A DNA stretch of 64,000 nucleotides from a virus. Lineage: Duplodnaviria > Caudoviricetes. The position numbers and the translations under genes are program-made. The notes under the pieces were generated by a model. It was not told where the DNA came from, made no database searches, and worked only from the letters and a program-made list of their open reading frames with translations. The DNA lies in the IMG/VR virus record IMGVR_UViG_3300028888_000006, positions 1 to 64,000 of that record, one strand, 5' to 3'. Shown here piece after piece: positions 17,201-24,437 of this stretch (position 1 is its first letter; every line of letters starts with the position of its first letter).

Positions 17201-19097
17201 CCTGCTCGAGCCTTTCCTGGTATTCCTCTTCAGAAAGATGATCGGTGTTTGCGAGAATGTCGAAAACCTGATGAAGAAGGTTGGTGTTATTGTATGTGGA
17301 CATAGACTTGCCGTCGTTGTTCACGCGGGCCTCAACCTCATCATACTTCGCAAGAGAAAGACAATTGTTGATATGTCGCAATTCGTCAGCGGCGGTGTTG
17401 TAGAAATACTGTCCAGTCGTCTGTTTGCCTTCTTTTGCCACCTGCTCGGCACGAGCGAAAGCATTATCCATCCAAGAAACAAGCTGATATAGCTTATTCC
17501 TGCCAACAAGATTCTTGACATTGCTCCAACCGGCAGTGAAGCCGTAACCTTTCTTTGTCATCGTCTGCCCAGCAATCACGGAGATATCCGAAGGACTGAT
17601 GGAGAATCCGAGACCGCGAAGATACTTCGACACCTGAATAGGCACTTCCGGATGCTGGCGAAGATATTCCTGCATCGCCTTTTCGGGGGCAAGAGCCTCA
17701 TAGTCATGAGCGGTATGCTTCGGCGGCTTGTCGCCTTCGACCATACGAATGTTCTTTGTTCCGTCGAGAATATTGTCCTTCAGTTCGCCAAAAGACTTTC
17801 TGATCGATTGAATCGCAGGAAGAGATTTCAAAGAACCGAAACCGACATAAATACTAGTATCTTCATCGAGCACATAACCGGCTTGCAGGTTAGTGCCAGC
17901 CTCGCGCATCAACGAATGACCCTGCGAACGTGTATTTGCAATATGCGGGGTATATGCTCCATCTTCAAGATTCGTATAAACATAGACGGATGCAGCCTTC
18001 TTGAAGTTACAGAAAGTAGTCGTCTGTAATCTCGGATTCGCCTCCAACTGACGGATGAATTCGTGAAGCAAAGGGTTCTGGTCAGCGGCAGCATACAGAT
18101 CTTCCATCATTGTATCAGGAGTAGAGTTCGTAAGAGCCCGAGTAATTACAACAGCCGCCTGACGAGGGCTCAGCCACTTACCAACACCAAGGTCGTCTTT
18201 CTGCCATTTGCCACTCGAGTCAGTCTTCTTGATACGACTCAACATCCGCTTGGCACGAGGGCCAAGAGTCTGCATCAGCTTGAATGTACGGAAATCAGCA
18301 TAGCGGTCTCCCTTGCTTGATTCTTGATTGTCGGTCTCTTCTCCGTCCACTTCATTGTCGAGAGGCTCGTTCAGATCTTCCTCATCTTCAAAGTTAACTT
18401 CAAGATTACGGACATTGACGACGAATCCTTCATCCTCTCCAATCTTTACTGCGGCTAACGCGGCAAGCCTTTCCTTGTTGTCAAGAATAGTCTGATACTC
18501 GCCATAAGTATATTCTGCACGCTTCTGAGCCGCGGCTCTCATTTCCGGAGTAGCATCAGGACGCTTACGCTCAAACACAGCCATCATAGCTTCAACGCTC
18601 GGATACCGTTTTGCATAGGTATCAAAAACACGTTCCATGATGACAGTGAAACCGTTCTTCTTGCCATCCGCTTCGTCCTGAATCAACTGCTGACGAGTCC
18701 GTTTTCTCGTATCATCTCTTTCCAGTGCATCTAATTCATCACGGAAATCACTGGCAAGCATGTCGATACGAGCATCCAATTGCTCTGGAGTATACAGAGT
18801 GTACAAGGTAGTATACATCTTGTTGATGTCATCCCTGTCAGCAGTCGCTGTTGTCTGCGTAAGCTGGGCACGCTTGAGCTCATAATTCAGGAATCGCGTA
18901 AACACGCCCATCTCTGATGGAGTAGCAGGAATCCAATCGTCCTCATATTTGTCGTTATGCCTACGCTTAAAAAGCTCGAGCGCCTGAACGAGATGTTCAT
19001 CGTTCCAGTGCCTATCGGCATAGTGTTCCTTAAAGCCATTGAATCTCGGGTCTCTCCGATAGAGAGTCAGATCAGGACAAAGATCGCCTACAATCAT
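8232..19097 (-). CDS. giant virion-packaged two-barrel RNA polymerase (crAss-like vRNAP) fused to a large C-terminal cargo region
   Basis: ~3,620 aa; DFEKR, TDGQG, FLHKYS, SGAKVG, RTP and GQDFDGDK motifs in the order seen in crAss-like vRNAPs; zincin-like LPEEFSH in the C-terminal part. ATG 19097 follows a TAnnTTTG element. Confidence 0.88.
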   Translation of the reverse strand: MIVGDLCPDLTLYRRDPRFNGFKEHYADRHWNDEHLVQALELFKRRHNDKYEDDWIPATPSEMGVFTRFLNYELKRAQLTQTTATADRDDINKMYTTLYTLYTPEQLDARIDMLASDFRDELDALERDDTRKRTRQQLIQDEADGKKNGFTVIMERVFDTYAKRYPSVEAMMAVFERKRPDATPEMRAAAQKRAEYTYGEYQTILDNKERLAALAAVKIGEDEGFVVNVRNLEVNFEDEEDLNEPLDNEVDGEETDNQESSKGDRYADFRTFKLMQTLGPRAKRMLSRIKKTDSSGKWQKDDLGVGKWLSPRQAAVVITRALTNSTPDTMMEDLYAAADQNPLLHEFIRQLEANPRLQTTTFCNFKKAASVYVYTNLEDGAYTPHIANTRSQGHSLMREAGTNLQAGYVLDEDTSIYVGFGSLKSLPAIQSIRKSFGELKDNILDGTKNIRMVEGDKPPKHTAHDYEALAPEKAMQEYLRQHPEVPIQVSKYLRGLGFSISPSDISVIAGQTMTKKGYGFTAGWSNVKNLVGRNKLYQLVSWMDNAFARAEQVAKEGKQTTGQYFYNTAADELRHINNCLSLAKYDEVEARVNNDGKSMSTYNNTNLLHQVFDILANTDHLSEEEYQERLEQEYLRYEGMAIGNGENRQIVGWLKWLKDGKFRQTDIRSAMRLVDIAAFNHVEYASLTREQKLTNSLIQFFGASRMFSRGTEPFAAYEFPIQSDYSTAYNFIYAPRLKVGELLDESTGEYGYQSELVDALADEVLCELDRIAAIEERVKNDPNGENRPVLSVYEKNGMKFQIFPEFNTNDFRQQYKSIEDPADAIRFVKQSVVDQLAKIKEKDIKTVEDSGMLKNYNLRSYGFYSKDGKVSSLSAEKQRQLDDWFFNTFYARLQMVKLWDGGLHNFDGLIDFEKRNMLTHAPHSSLYTKATWNGERVGKESQNVVYVADEKTQSAFKDDILGMLKDLLDAKLISPIQYKQMEKAYSDIKTTDGQGFRTLESYRSVMVMTDLWTERQETAYQNIIHGHPQKGDIDTFMQNIKPVATGFEHIDAAESENQKPVKLTFLHKYSEVVLLPVALSKYCLSAQSVPLRAFDLAQSELKKQGKEVDMFLFHSGAKVGAHSIIRPFERDKEGNHILKDEQSIKNYITSTVASKKWYVHEIPFKYYGIAASTTPHGMDDRIARASQKEKTVWANIQDGDMVELNGKQMSAKEARQMYYEIKTANIIDSYKKVQEIFSNSDELERLFQEELASKPYQSREMKFALQHLKNGTFAMPLFSPNVEHQVQQLLASIIKKRMTKIKTKGTNILVSTALGMEADVSPYEGGFPESYKLGVEFEGTGKNKRLKWFDAGAPLPDALREFADENGEITPERLRELIDNRTIPEEALFGDASRTPSDAEHSTVPIRIKWFSSRLEGGSMKIAKEAMVTTGQDFDGDKLRVDLPEYDVVWDDEKLNADYDKLLGLSDDANAARLALSNIRNKDLNEALAGFNTWKKWATSYSNPDRMKYRKVKMVEYDESKSPLENSARARHNRMIQLTRAQLTSVAGSRRVLIPGGCEESKIYAKSLHLVRLARSNENKRQMFQTMTTAKKDGGLGMSSDIANAALRDAVSLYKKLTSLDDFALTTLVRSVESSEAPYSLTHSADAFDYLMGGAEMIGIYALYNSAQQMMQRLDMRYVPMQTKYGPVRISLFGKELGQLFSVKNMKGNLASLGLARLLNAAVDNGKDPILGYLNQTKEMAEITSFLFAAGIDEEEVHLIMNQPAVVELINRLKGRDASSLKEEANTLVDQLQEQFKDKRLPFMGKNTGAVQAVAGMMENDYIAALPMTFDEVLKSQDVNLINQQTAILAVLAHLSDAAGNLAEFTRRTRPESDSGAIGSTIADITQKVIDLNKFREKVLKQRDDQLRISGMRDVLARRTVDAGMDSEYIMSALGDDLKEVVALNSLMMDSSLDMFKQFFPQAKADWINTISKIADMYHIGKKKRATIVEHIGQEMILFKLLKNNKFVNGDLKAEQKRILVDVPKSVKDLKERIEKAKQNPGTDKAAEMLVGNIFLEKLTATSPENSRTNPRLIFSMNGPAVEGTADAIRAYWGDMLNNPEKEIRDLAIDLFKYNLFNSGFGYGMYEFAHFAPFSVILNTPGYVDALQDILRDNWLDGSEEEENFINQYIMNHWGDNKFLPKISPAKIPNRVRNKLGWDLLTDDSKFKIEDYRYIVVETNLGEGKKKQELYRVVKEADGTTIVPAKKLGIVLRGGQKTLQYNPKESYLFIESVVPGNDSAWGVLDEPEENAWAQSNSSGDPMSGSDFMEYANSFGGLPSPAQVFGGPGQSRGTVGNFGGLPSPASVMGGPAISGFPKPQQVEQTRKFEAKAADAVKQNGEMPAPSPATGADLSALFAANPALQGAMLGTSTSDDEPTGGQMFSIARRNQDGNPITVNVPSSPAGIREARRQQVYVELNEKLRDILREKGVSVGVLTDFETRIALAGVTDFDTATVTAEGLLEMIRIAEGYRGEQALPEEFSHLAIEMVGHDNPLVSRLLNALDGNEDALREAFEGQYDDYVEAYRDDREKMVLEAAGKLVAKNLFLEQEIETSPVRRLIHRVVDFIKNFFRQFRRDEVQNAIFDANRVASKLARELLGGKILDDRTLQDINAQGKLLAQTKKIKKDLTGKSDILNKLLKTETKRLFIFQNRIGYDKEKAQKSPAIQATQRQIAKLEAAIKNYKTEDAVVTYMKDSLDFLEETRKALETAVNGGQPVNRICKRLNLVRDTLYSFSKVMEDVRQAIVDGEIQDSVLLTNSINETAGALEKFFRYYNTIAMKYFEEMLSNVYGEHGVTVEIGKDKGRQITIKEMARRADRDISLASRWFHSIADCNDYVLKAIDDVTREAKYSARRRAALVKPRIEQAIEELRKETGSRDQSFMFEMKRYDGEKWCDGKKDDGKLHKTGRYISVEEARKLSPAKWKFYNTMLDIKKEADKYVPDSLLQNRKIVMLRKYTWDRVKESDGIKSKAVEVWEGIRNDILDTSDSIDYDNYEVRVDFEGNRVDMLPVHYLAKGKKESYDDMSDDVATSIMAYAGMAFEYGELNNVIGILENAKYMASQRDVTQRTGTRTQRESIETDDVIYREPFSKKQARTNIESALDDFFQMHVYGHIQRNEGTIGNTRISKRKAVDFINRVTSYSQMAINIPQRIANISTGVTQILLETVGHHHFSAKDATWAAGIWTAQSADRLAETGKTDYDNKLSLWLDKFDVHQDNGRDYKTTKYKKSRASRVFNSSLLYAGLTMGEDFLASTTALAVAKNFKMKDAKGKESNLWDAYEVKYTDETNKTGAYLALKPGYRKADGSELTIEDEKKFSKAVAGLNFELQGIYNLDDRSAVQQYALGSLLIMYRKWIAPALKRRYADVQYNALKGEYNEGYHHTTFRLLHDIVTGAKDQVSEEQSAEFLTRLVDDMKALKTSYQLNWAKMTPYEKSNVHRSIAELATVAGLYLACMLLGKIPPPDVDDDDRLIPLKWWDQTILSQMLRLRTEIGSMAPTPMFVDEALHILKSPFAAIGPLQNMINAFELCIPSNYMTTIKSGRYRGHVKAYKYFRELPVVSMFKKVDNFIDPSPLINYYQNDAQY

Positions 19098-19118
19098 ATC
19101 TTCATATATTAAAACACA

Positions 19119-19126
19119 CAAATATA
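19119..19126 (-). promoter_or_regulatory. -7 promoter element (TATATTTG) upstream of vRNAP
   Basis: TAnnTTTG 22 nt upstream of the ATG. Confidence 0.55.
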
Positions 19127-19205
19127 TCGAAAAGAGCGCCCATGTTTTCAGGAGTAACAAGGACGCTTATTCAAAATCAGTATATTGATATGCTCAAGAA
19201 TTAGT

Positions 19206-19213
19206 TATCTTTG
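19206..19213 (+). promoter_or_regulatory. -7 promoter element (TATCTTTG) for the antisense small gene
   Basis: Canonical Bacteroidota TATCTTTGCA, 17 nt upstream of ATG 19230. Confidence 0.75.
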
Positions 19214-19229
19214 CAAAAACACAATCGAT

Positions 19230-19439
19230 ATGGAAAACAAAAACAATAACCCTCCTTGGCTTGGATGCGGAATAGTCACAGTGTTATTGGTCGCCTTGGC
19301 AATCATGATATTGAGAAGTTGTTCGGAACTTGCATCCGGATTGGTCCAAGAAAAAGGTTTCTGGACATGGGTGCTGGTTATAGGCGGAATAGCACTTTTC
19401 GTCTTTCTCATCATGAGAGCAGACAGGGGCGGGAAATAA
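19230..19439 (+). CDS. small two-TM membrane protein (moron-like), antisense to the structural module
   Basis: 69 aa with two hydrophobic helices; own promoter and downstream hairpin. Confidence 0.75.
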   Translation: MENKNNNPPWLGCGIVTVLLVALAIMILRSCSELASGLVQEKGFWTWVLVIGGIALFVFLIMRADRGGK

Positions 19440-19452
19440 ATCCTGCCCCTGT
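19423..19452. terminator. hairpin between convergent genes
   Basis: ACAGGGGCGGGA-AATAAA-TCCTGCCCCTGT 12-bp stem. Confidence 0.6.
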
Positions 19453-19455
19453 TCC

Positions 19456-22400
19456 TTAACACCGAAGTGCAATTTCTTGTTCTTCCGGAGAAGCCGTATT
19501 AAACTCAACTTCTGTCCAACCCTTCTCAGACAAACTGTTCCGCTGTTCTTCCGTGAGATTCTGCCAATCGTTAACTGGATTGACGGGAATTCCAGGGATT
19601 GCGGGTGGACCCTGAACCGGAATTCTGTCAGGAGCTGGCTCGGCATCATCGGCGAACCAATCGTCTTCGTCTCTATTTGAATAACCGATAACCGCGCCAC
19701 GTAAAGCTTCAGGAATAGGCGGCATGCCTGTTTCTGGTGAAGACTGCGAAACCGCTGGAGTTTCCTCCGCTTTTACCTGCTCGGCTGTCATAGGCTTGAA
19801 CGACTTGCTCTCGTCATCCCAAGCATTGAAATAAAAATCAACACCTTTCGCACGAAGCATCTTCGCATTGGAAGTGATGATACCATTCACGATATAATCA
19901 TCGAGCTGGTCAATCGTACCGCCTTCTTCTTTCTGACGAATCTGAAAAGACACTTCCATCTCGGCAATCTTGTTGATGAGCCAATCTGGAGTAATCTGAT
20001 CAGAAGTACGATAGGAGTGTTCTTCCTTTCTTGTTCCATCATCTTGTTTTACCCAAGTGACAATCTTCAACGCCGGTCCTATGTTCGTGTAGTTGCCTAT
20101 TTCCAGATACAGGTCATGCAAGTCAAGCAACTTGACAAGTTCAGTTAGCTTGTTACGAAGCTTTCTGTTCTCATCTTCGTAATTCGTTCCGACTTTATTC
20201 GCCGCAGCGGTCTGCTCTGCAATGCTGGAAATCAATCCACGAGCCCTGACGAACAAAGGATTGGCACTTTCAGAAGTTTCCGGAGTGAAGTGCTCGACAT
20301 TCAAACGAATAGGAATGTATGCATCGTCTCCATTGGGCGACATATAATACAACGCGCCTTTGTGCTGACTGTTGAAAGCAGAAGTGAAAGTGTTCGGAGA
20401 AACTTTCTGCAATGCATTTTCGTCTCCGCGAACAACCTGAGCAACTCCGTTTCTGTTTATAAAGACAATCGGGGCAGATGCGTCATATCCTGGAATATCA
20501 CGAATACTTTTCTCCTCATTACCAGTATAGTCATAATCTATCTGACCAGCACGTTTTGCCCAAACCTTCGACTTCTTGCTGAACGTAAAGATTTCGTTCG
20601 GATGAGCATCAATGAACTGGCGATATTCGGAATCAATTTCACTGCGAAGACTCGAAAGCCCGAAATATTTCGAGTTCTGACCGGAAAGAATAGTCAAAAT
20701 CTTTCTTTGGCCATTCTTGGTCGTAGTCACGAGAATCTGATACTGGCCTTCGTATTTCGGGAAAACAGGATCAATGACAAGTTCAATCTCGTCTCCGACA
20801 TTCAACTCCGTAGCAACAGTCTCAAAAGCGCCAGCATCCTTTAATGCGTTCCAGATTCCAGTAAAATCCGCGCTGCTTTCTATCTGCTTGTCGGCATCAC
20901 TTAGTTCTTTATCAGAATTCAGATACTCGGGGAAATCACTGTAATCGGCATCTTTTCTATCGATCTCGCCGTCTCGTACCTTTGTAACCTGACCTGTAGA
21001 AATTTCAGGAACGCTTGTGCGATAATACGGTATCATTCCGCTAACCATCTTGTTCTCGCCGGGAACTTCCGCCTTGTCGTCGAGCTGTTCTGCTTCCTGG
21101 GCAAGTTCGTCGATAGTCGGATTCTCCGCCATAGTCGTAAATCCAAGCGAATCGGAAAGCGGTTTCTCTTCACCAGGTGTGAATGTTGGTGCGGGTGCGG
21201 GAGTCGGATACGGATTCTGCACGGATGCAGCGGTGGGAGCTGGTGCGGCGCTTGCTGGTTGAGCAGCGTCATATCCTGTCGGAGTAATTGCGGGCTGAGG
21301 GGCCTGAACAGGAGTCTGGCTCAATGAATTACGAGAACCGGTCTGATTTTCCGCATTCAGATACTGACGCATCGTATCACGCATAGCCTGCTTCATCGCT
21401 TCATAAACGCCATCAGAAACAGGAATGAGCCCGCTAAATGTATTCTTAAACTCGTCAAGCGGCATGAACACGCTGTCCGGCATATTAATGAGCTCTTGCT
21501 CTGAATTGGAATTACGGAGCAAATCGTTCATCGCGCTAAACAGCATCCTCGGAGTGACAGCGACATTTGTAGAAATGAAATTATTATTCTCTGTATATTC
21601 GCGGAAGCGATCATGCCGACGCTTCATATTCATGAACTGCTTGATAGCTGGATTCTTCGCCTCGGCAGAAGCAAGCGTCTTGGCAAATTCAATTTTATCT
21701 TTGGCATTCTTCTCAAGATACGCTTTCTTCACCGCCTCAAAAGTATCAAGACCTTCAGTCTCAATATCATTCATCTGAGCAATAGACTCATCATCAATCT
21801 GCTCCTGAGTGACAGTTTGTTCCGAATGTTGCTGCTGTCCACTTTCGCCCTGAAGCGTAATGAGTTTCTGATAGAAAACGGCTCGACTGTTAGCGAGCTT
21901 CTGCATATCGTTTATTTTCTTGACGAGCTCTTCATCTCCGTCGGCGTAGTTCTTCATGAAATCAATAACCTTATTCGTCTCGTCACGGAGCGACTTCGGA
22001 ACATTCATAGGAAGACCGATCATGCTGAACAATCTTTCGTAAGACTGCTGGACTTGCTTGAATCTCGCATCTCGCCCCTCGTCGGTTTCTATAAACTTCC
22101 AGTCTTCGTTGAAAGCGGACTGAATCCCGATAATCGGCTCGATCGCGTCCATCGTCTCGCCGAATAATCTCAAGAAGCGATTCTCATAGGATTTTATCTG
22201 CTGGGCGGTAAATACCATCTCCTTGATAAGTTCGTCAGATGCACCCTCGGGAGCGCGGGCAATCATGTTCTGATAAAAATCGCGATACTGATTAATGGCG
22301 CCCTGTATTTTATTGGCCTGCTCTTTTACTTTACCGACAATATCTTCCGGAGATAGATTCTTCGTCCAGGCATAATCCTCAAATCCCTTCTTGCCGCTTT

Positions 22401-24435
22401 CAACAGCGCTCTTGATGCTCTCCGCTTCGGACGCGGAAAGATTTCCGAAATGAGAGACTATCTGTTCGAGGTCGCCAAGCTTACCGGCGTCGGCAAACAT
22501 GATGACATCATTTATGAGCTGCTTGTCATCCGCAGTATGCCAAGCATATTCGTCATCATCGGCTACCGCCTTTTCCATGTCATTGTCATATTTCAAATGG
22601 CGGATATAACCTCTCCAGCGAGTCTGGAATTCCTTTGAATTGACAATGTTGTTAAGTGTCTGAGCAGCGGCTCTTGCAGATTCAGTCTTGTCTTTTGCGT
22701 CTCGATATGCCTCAACGACGCCACCGCTCCATCTTCTTCCGGGAATACCGAACAAGCCGGTAAGTGCGCCAATTGCTCCCTCCTGCCAGTTTTTGGGATC
22801 ATTCAAATAGTCTTTGCCTCCAGTATACATACCGGCAAACCATTCGCGAACAGAATTGATCGCTTCGGGATCATATCCGTCGTTATTGAAAGTGGCAAGA
22901 TTTCTGGACGCAACTTCCTTGGCTCCGCTAGAAACAGTTCCTTGCGCCATTTCTTCGAACGACTCGGAACCGGCAACCTTCAGTGCTCCGAGTGCGGTTC
23001 TTGTTGCCACGTTCCCGGTAGCATTATAATTTCCAACTAAGTCTTGAGCGGTTCTCCTCAATCCACCACGAACGCCTTTCGATACTCCTCTGGATGTCTT
23101 CCATCCGCCAGACAACATTCGCCCGAACTGTATCGCATTGGATGTAGTCAGAATAGGAAGATTAAGCAGGAATGTCGTCGAAGACAATCTGTCTCCCTGT
23201 TCTTCTGCAAATTCTTTTGCCGCCTGATATTCTGCGGTGACCCTTTGCTGGCGCTTGTATAATTCATCTCTACCGGCATCAGTCAAAGAGCGAGTTTTCC
23301 TTATGCCATCCGGCGTTTCAAAAGACTGGGTATTTACCCAATCCGTATTGCCGCTTTCGAGAATGTCGTTTTCAAGATTGCCATATTCTCTGGCATATTG
23401 ATCTTCCCAATTCCTGTTGTATTCCTCCAAGAATTCATTCTTAGCCATGATGCCCTCGACAGTGCCTTCGCCCATTGCTCCAATCGCGGCGCCGTAAAGC
23501 TGTAACTTGGCGCCGAATTTATTCAATGCTTTCGCGGCATTTCCAATATTTGACACCAGAGCCTCGGCATCAATACCCACGGCGGTTCCTCTCGCAACCG
23601 CTTCACCTGCACGAGCAAGAGCCTGCTGCGCCTCGGTAGCGGTTCCTTTCTTTACGGCTTCGGCTGCCGCCCGCATAAGCGTAGCGGCTTCGGAATCACC
23701 TTCTGCCGCCGCAACTGCACCCTTCATGATGTTATTGGCAAGTTGCTTCGAAAGACCCGCCCCAATCAGCTTCGACCAAGCCATACCGCCGACCATTGCG
23801 CCGACAGTAAAGCCAAAGTTCTTCAGGATGGAATCGCCGATGAAGTTCGCGGTCCCCATATGCTTCCACCATTCACGCTGATATCTTTCTGAGCGCTCTT
23901 CAGCAGTACGGTAATTCGGGAATACGTCTTCCGCCCAGTTCTGGATTTTAACGAGCTGGTTAGAAAGCCAATTGTTGACTCCGGCATCCATAGTATCCAT
24001 GAAACTCCGCCCGTCGCCATCGGCATCAGCAGCGAGTTCGTAAAGAGAAGAGCCAAGACCGAACACAGTACCAAGCGTAGTGTTAAGCGCCGTAGTGACA
24101 GCTGTAACACCGCCTTTCATCAAACCAGTTCCAATCTTGGAGAATCCGCTCTGTTCTATTGCACGGCTTTGCTCGACATCAAGTTCCGGATAGAAATCAC
24201 TGTCATATCTCGACAATCCAAAACCAGCCTCCTTCGCTTCTTCCGTGTAGTCTCTCGCGATTGTATTCGATAATGGATTCGCACGAAGAATATCACGATA
24301 TGAAGGAGTGGAAGGTTGCGAAGATACTTTTCCAACCTTTGGCTTTTCATCTTCGGACAGTTCAAAAGAACCACTCTGATAATCCTGCAAAAGCTTTCCA
24401 GGATCTTCCTGAATCATATTGTTATCAAGTGCCAT
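19456..24435 (-). CDS. large virion cargo/ejection protein (1659 aa)
   Basis: Gly/Ala-rich amphipathic N-terminal helices and a Pro-rich linker; lies directly upstream of vRNAP as in crAss-like genomes. Confidence 0.75.
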   Translation of the reverse strand: MALDNNMIQEDPGKLLQDYQSGSFELSEDEKPKVGKVSSQPSTPSYRDILRANPLSNTIARDYTEEAKEAGFGLSRYDSDFYPELDVEQSRAIEQSGFSKIGTGLMKGGVTAVTTALNTTLGTVFGLGSSLYELAADADGDGRSFMDTMDAGVNNWLSNQLVKIQNWAEDVFPNYRTAEERSERYQREWWKHMGTANFIGDSILKNFGFTVGAMVGGMAWSKLIGAGLSKQLANNIMKGAVAAAEGDSEAATLMRAAAEAVKKGTATEAQQALARAGEAVARGTAVGIDAEALVSNIGNAAKALNKFGAKLQLYGAAIGAMGEGTVEGIMAKNEFLEEYNRNWEDQYAREYGNLENDILESGNTDWVNTQSFETPDGIRKTRSLTDAGRDELYKRQQRVTAEYQAAKEFAEEQGDRLSSTTFLLNLPILTTSNAIQFGRMLSGGWKTSRGVSKGVRGGLRRTAQDLVGNYNATGNVATRTALGALKVAGSESFEEMAQGTVSSGAKEVASRNLATFNNDGYDPEAINSVREWFAGMYTGGKDYLNDPKNWQEGAIGALTGLFGIPGRRWSGGVVEAYRDAKDKTESARAAAQTLNNIVNSKEFQTRWRGYIRHLKYDNDMEKAVADDDEYAWHTADDKQLINDVIMFADAGKLGDLEQIVSHFGNLSASEAESIKSAVESGKKGFEDYAWTKNLSPEDIVGKVKEQANKIQGAINQYRDFYQNMIARAPEGASDELIKEMVFTAQQIKSYENRFLRLFGETMDAIEPIIGIQSAFNEDWKFIETDEGRDARFKQVQQSYERLFSMIGLPMNVPKSLRDETNKVIDFMKNYADGDEELVKKINDMQKLANSRAVFYQKLITLQGESGQQQHSEQTVTQEQIDDESIAQMNDIETEGLDTFEAVKKAYLEKNAKDKIEFAKTLASAEAKNPAIKQFMNMKRRHDRFREYTENNNFISTNVAVTPRMLFSAMNDLLRNSNSEQELINMPDSVFMPLDEFKNTFSGLIPVSDGVYEAMKQAMRDTMRQYLNAENQTGSRNSLSQTPVQAPQPAITPTGYDAAQPASAAPAPTAASVQNPYPTPAPAPTFTPGEEKPLSDSLGFTTMAENPTIDELAQEAEQLDDKAEVPGENKMVSGMIPYYRTSVPEISTGQVTKVRDGEIDRKDADYSDFPEYLNSDKELSDADKQIESSADFTGIWNALKDAGAFETVATELNVGDEIELVIDPVFPKYEGQYQILVTTTKNGQRKILTILSGQNSKYFGLSSLRSEIDSEYRQFIDAHPNEIFTFSKKSKVWAKRAGQIDYDYTGNEEKSIRDIPGYDASAPIVFINRNGVAQVVRGDENALQKVSPNTFTSAFNSQHKGALYYMSPNGDDAYIPIRLNVEHFTPETSESANPLFVRARGLISSIAEQTAAANKVGTNYEDENRKLRNKLTELVKLLDLHDLYLEIGNYTNIGPALKIVTWVKQDDGTRKEEHSYRTSDQITPDWLINKIAEMEVSFQIRQKEEGGTIDQLDDYIVNGIITSNAKMLRAKGVDFYFNAWDDESKSFKPMTAEQVKAEETPAVSQSSPETGMPPIPEALRGAVIGYSNRDEDDWFADDAEPAPDRIPVQGPPAIPGIPVNPVNDWQNLTEEQRNSLSEKGWTEVEFNTASPEEQEIALRC

Positions 24436-24437
24436 AC

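Noticed and set aside
19098-19160. Longer N-terminus of vRNAP given by the ORF track (similarly 6855, 40327, 41151, 46578)
   Set aside because: The extensions overlap promoter or terminator elements; downstream ATGs fit better.
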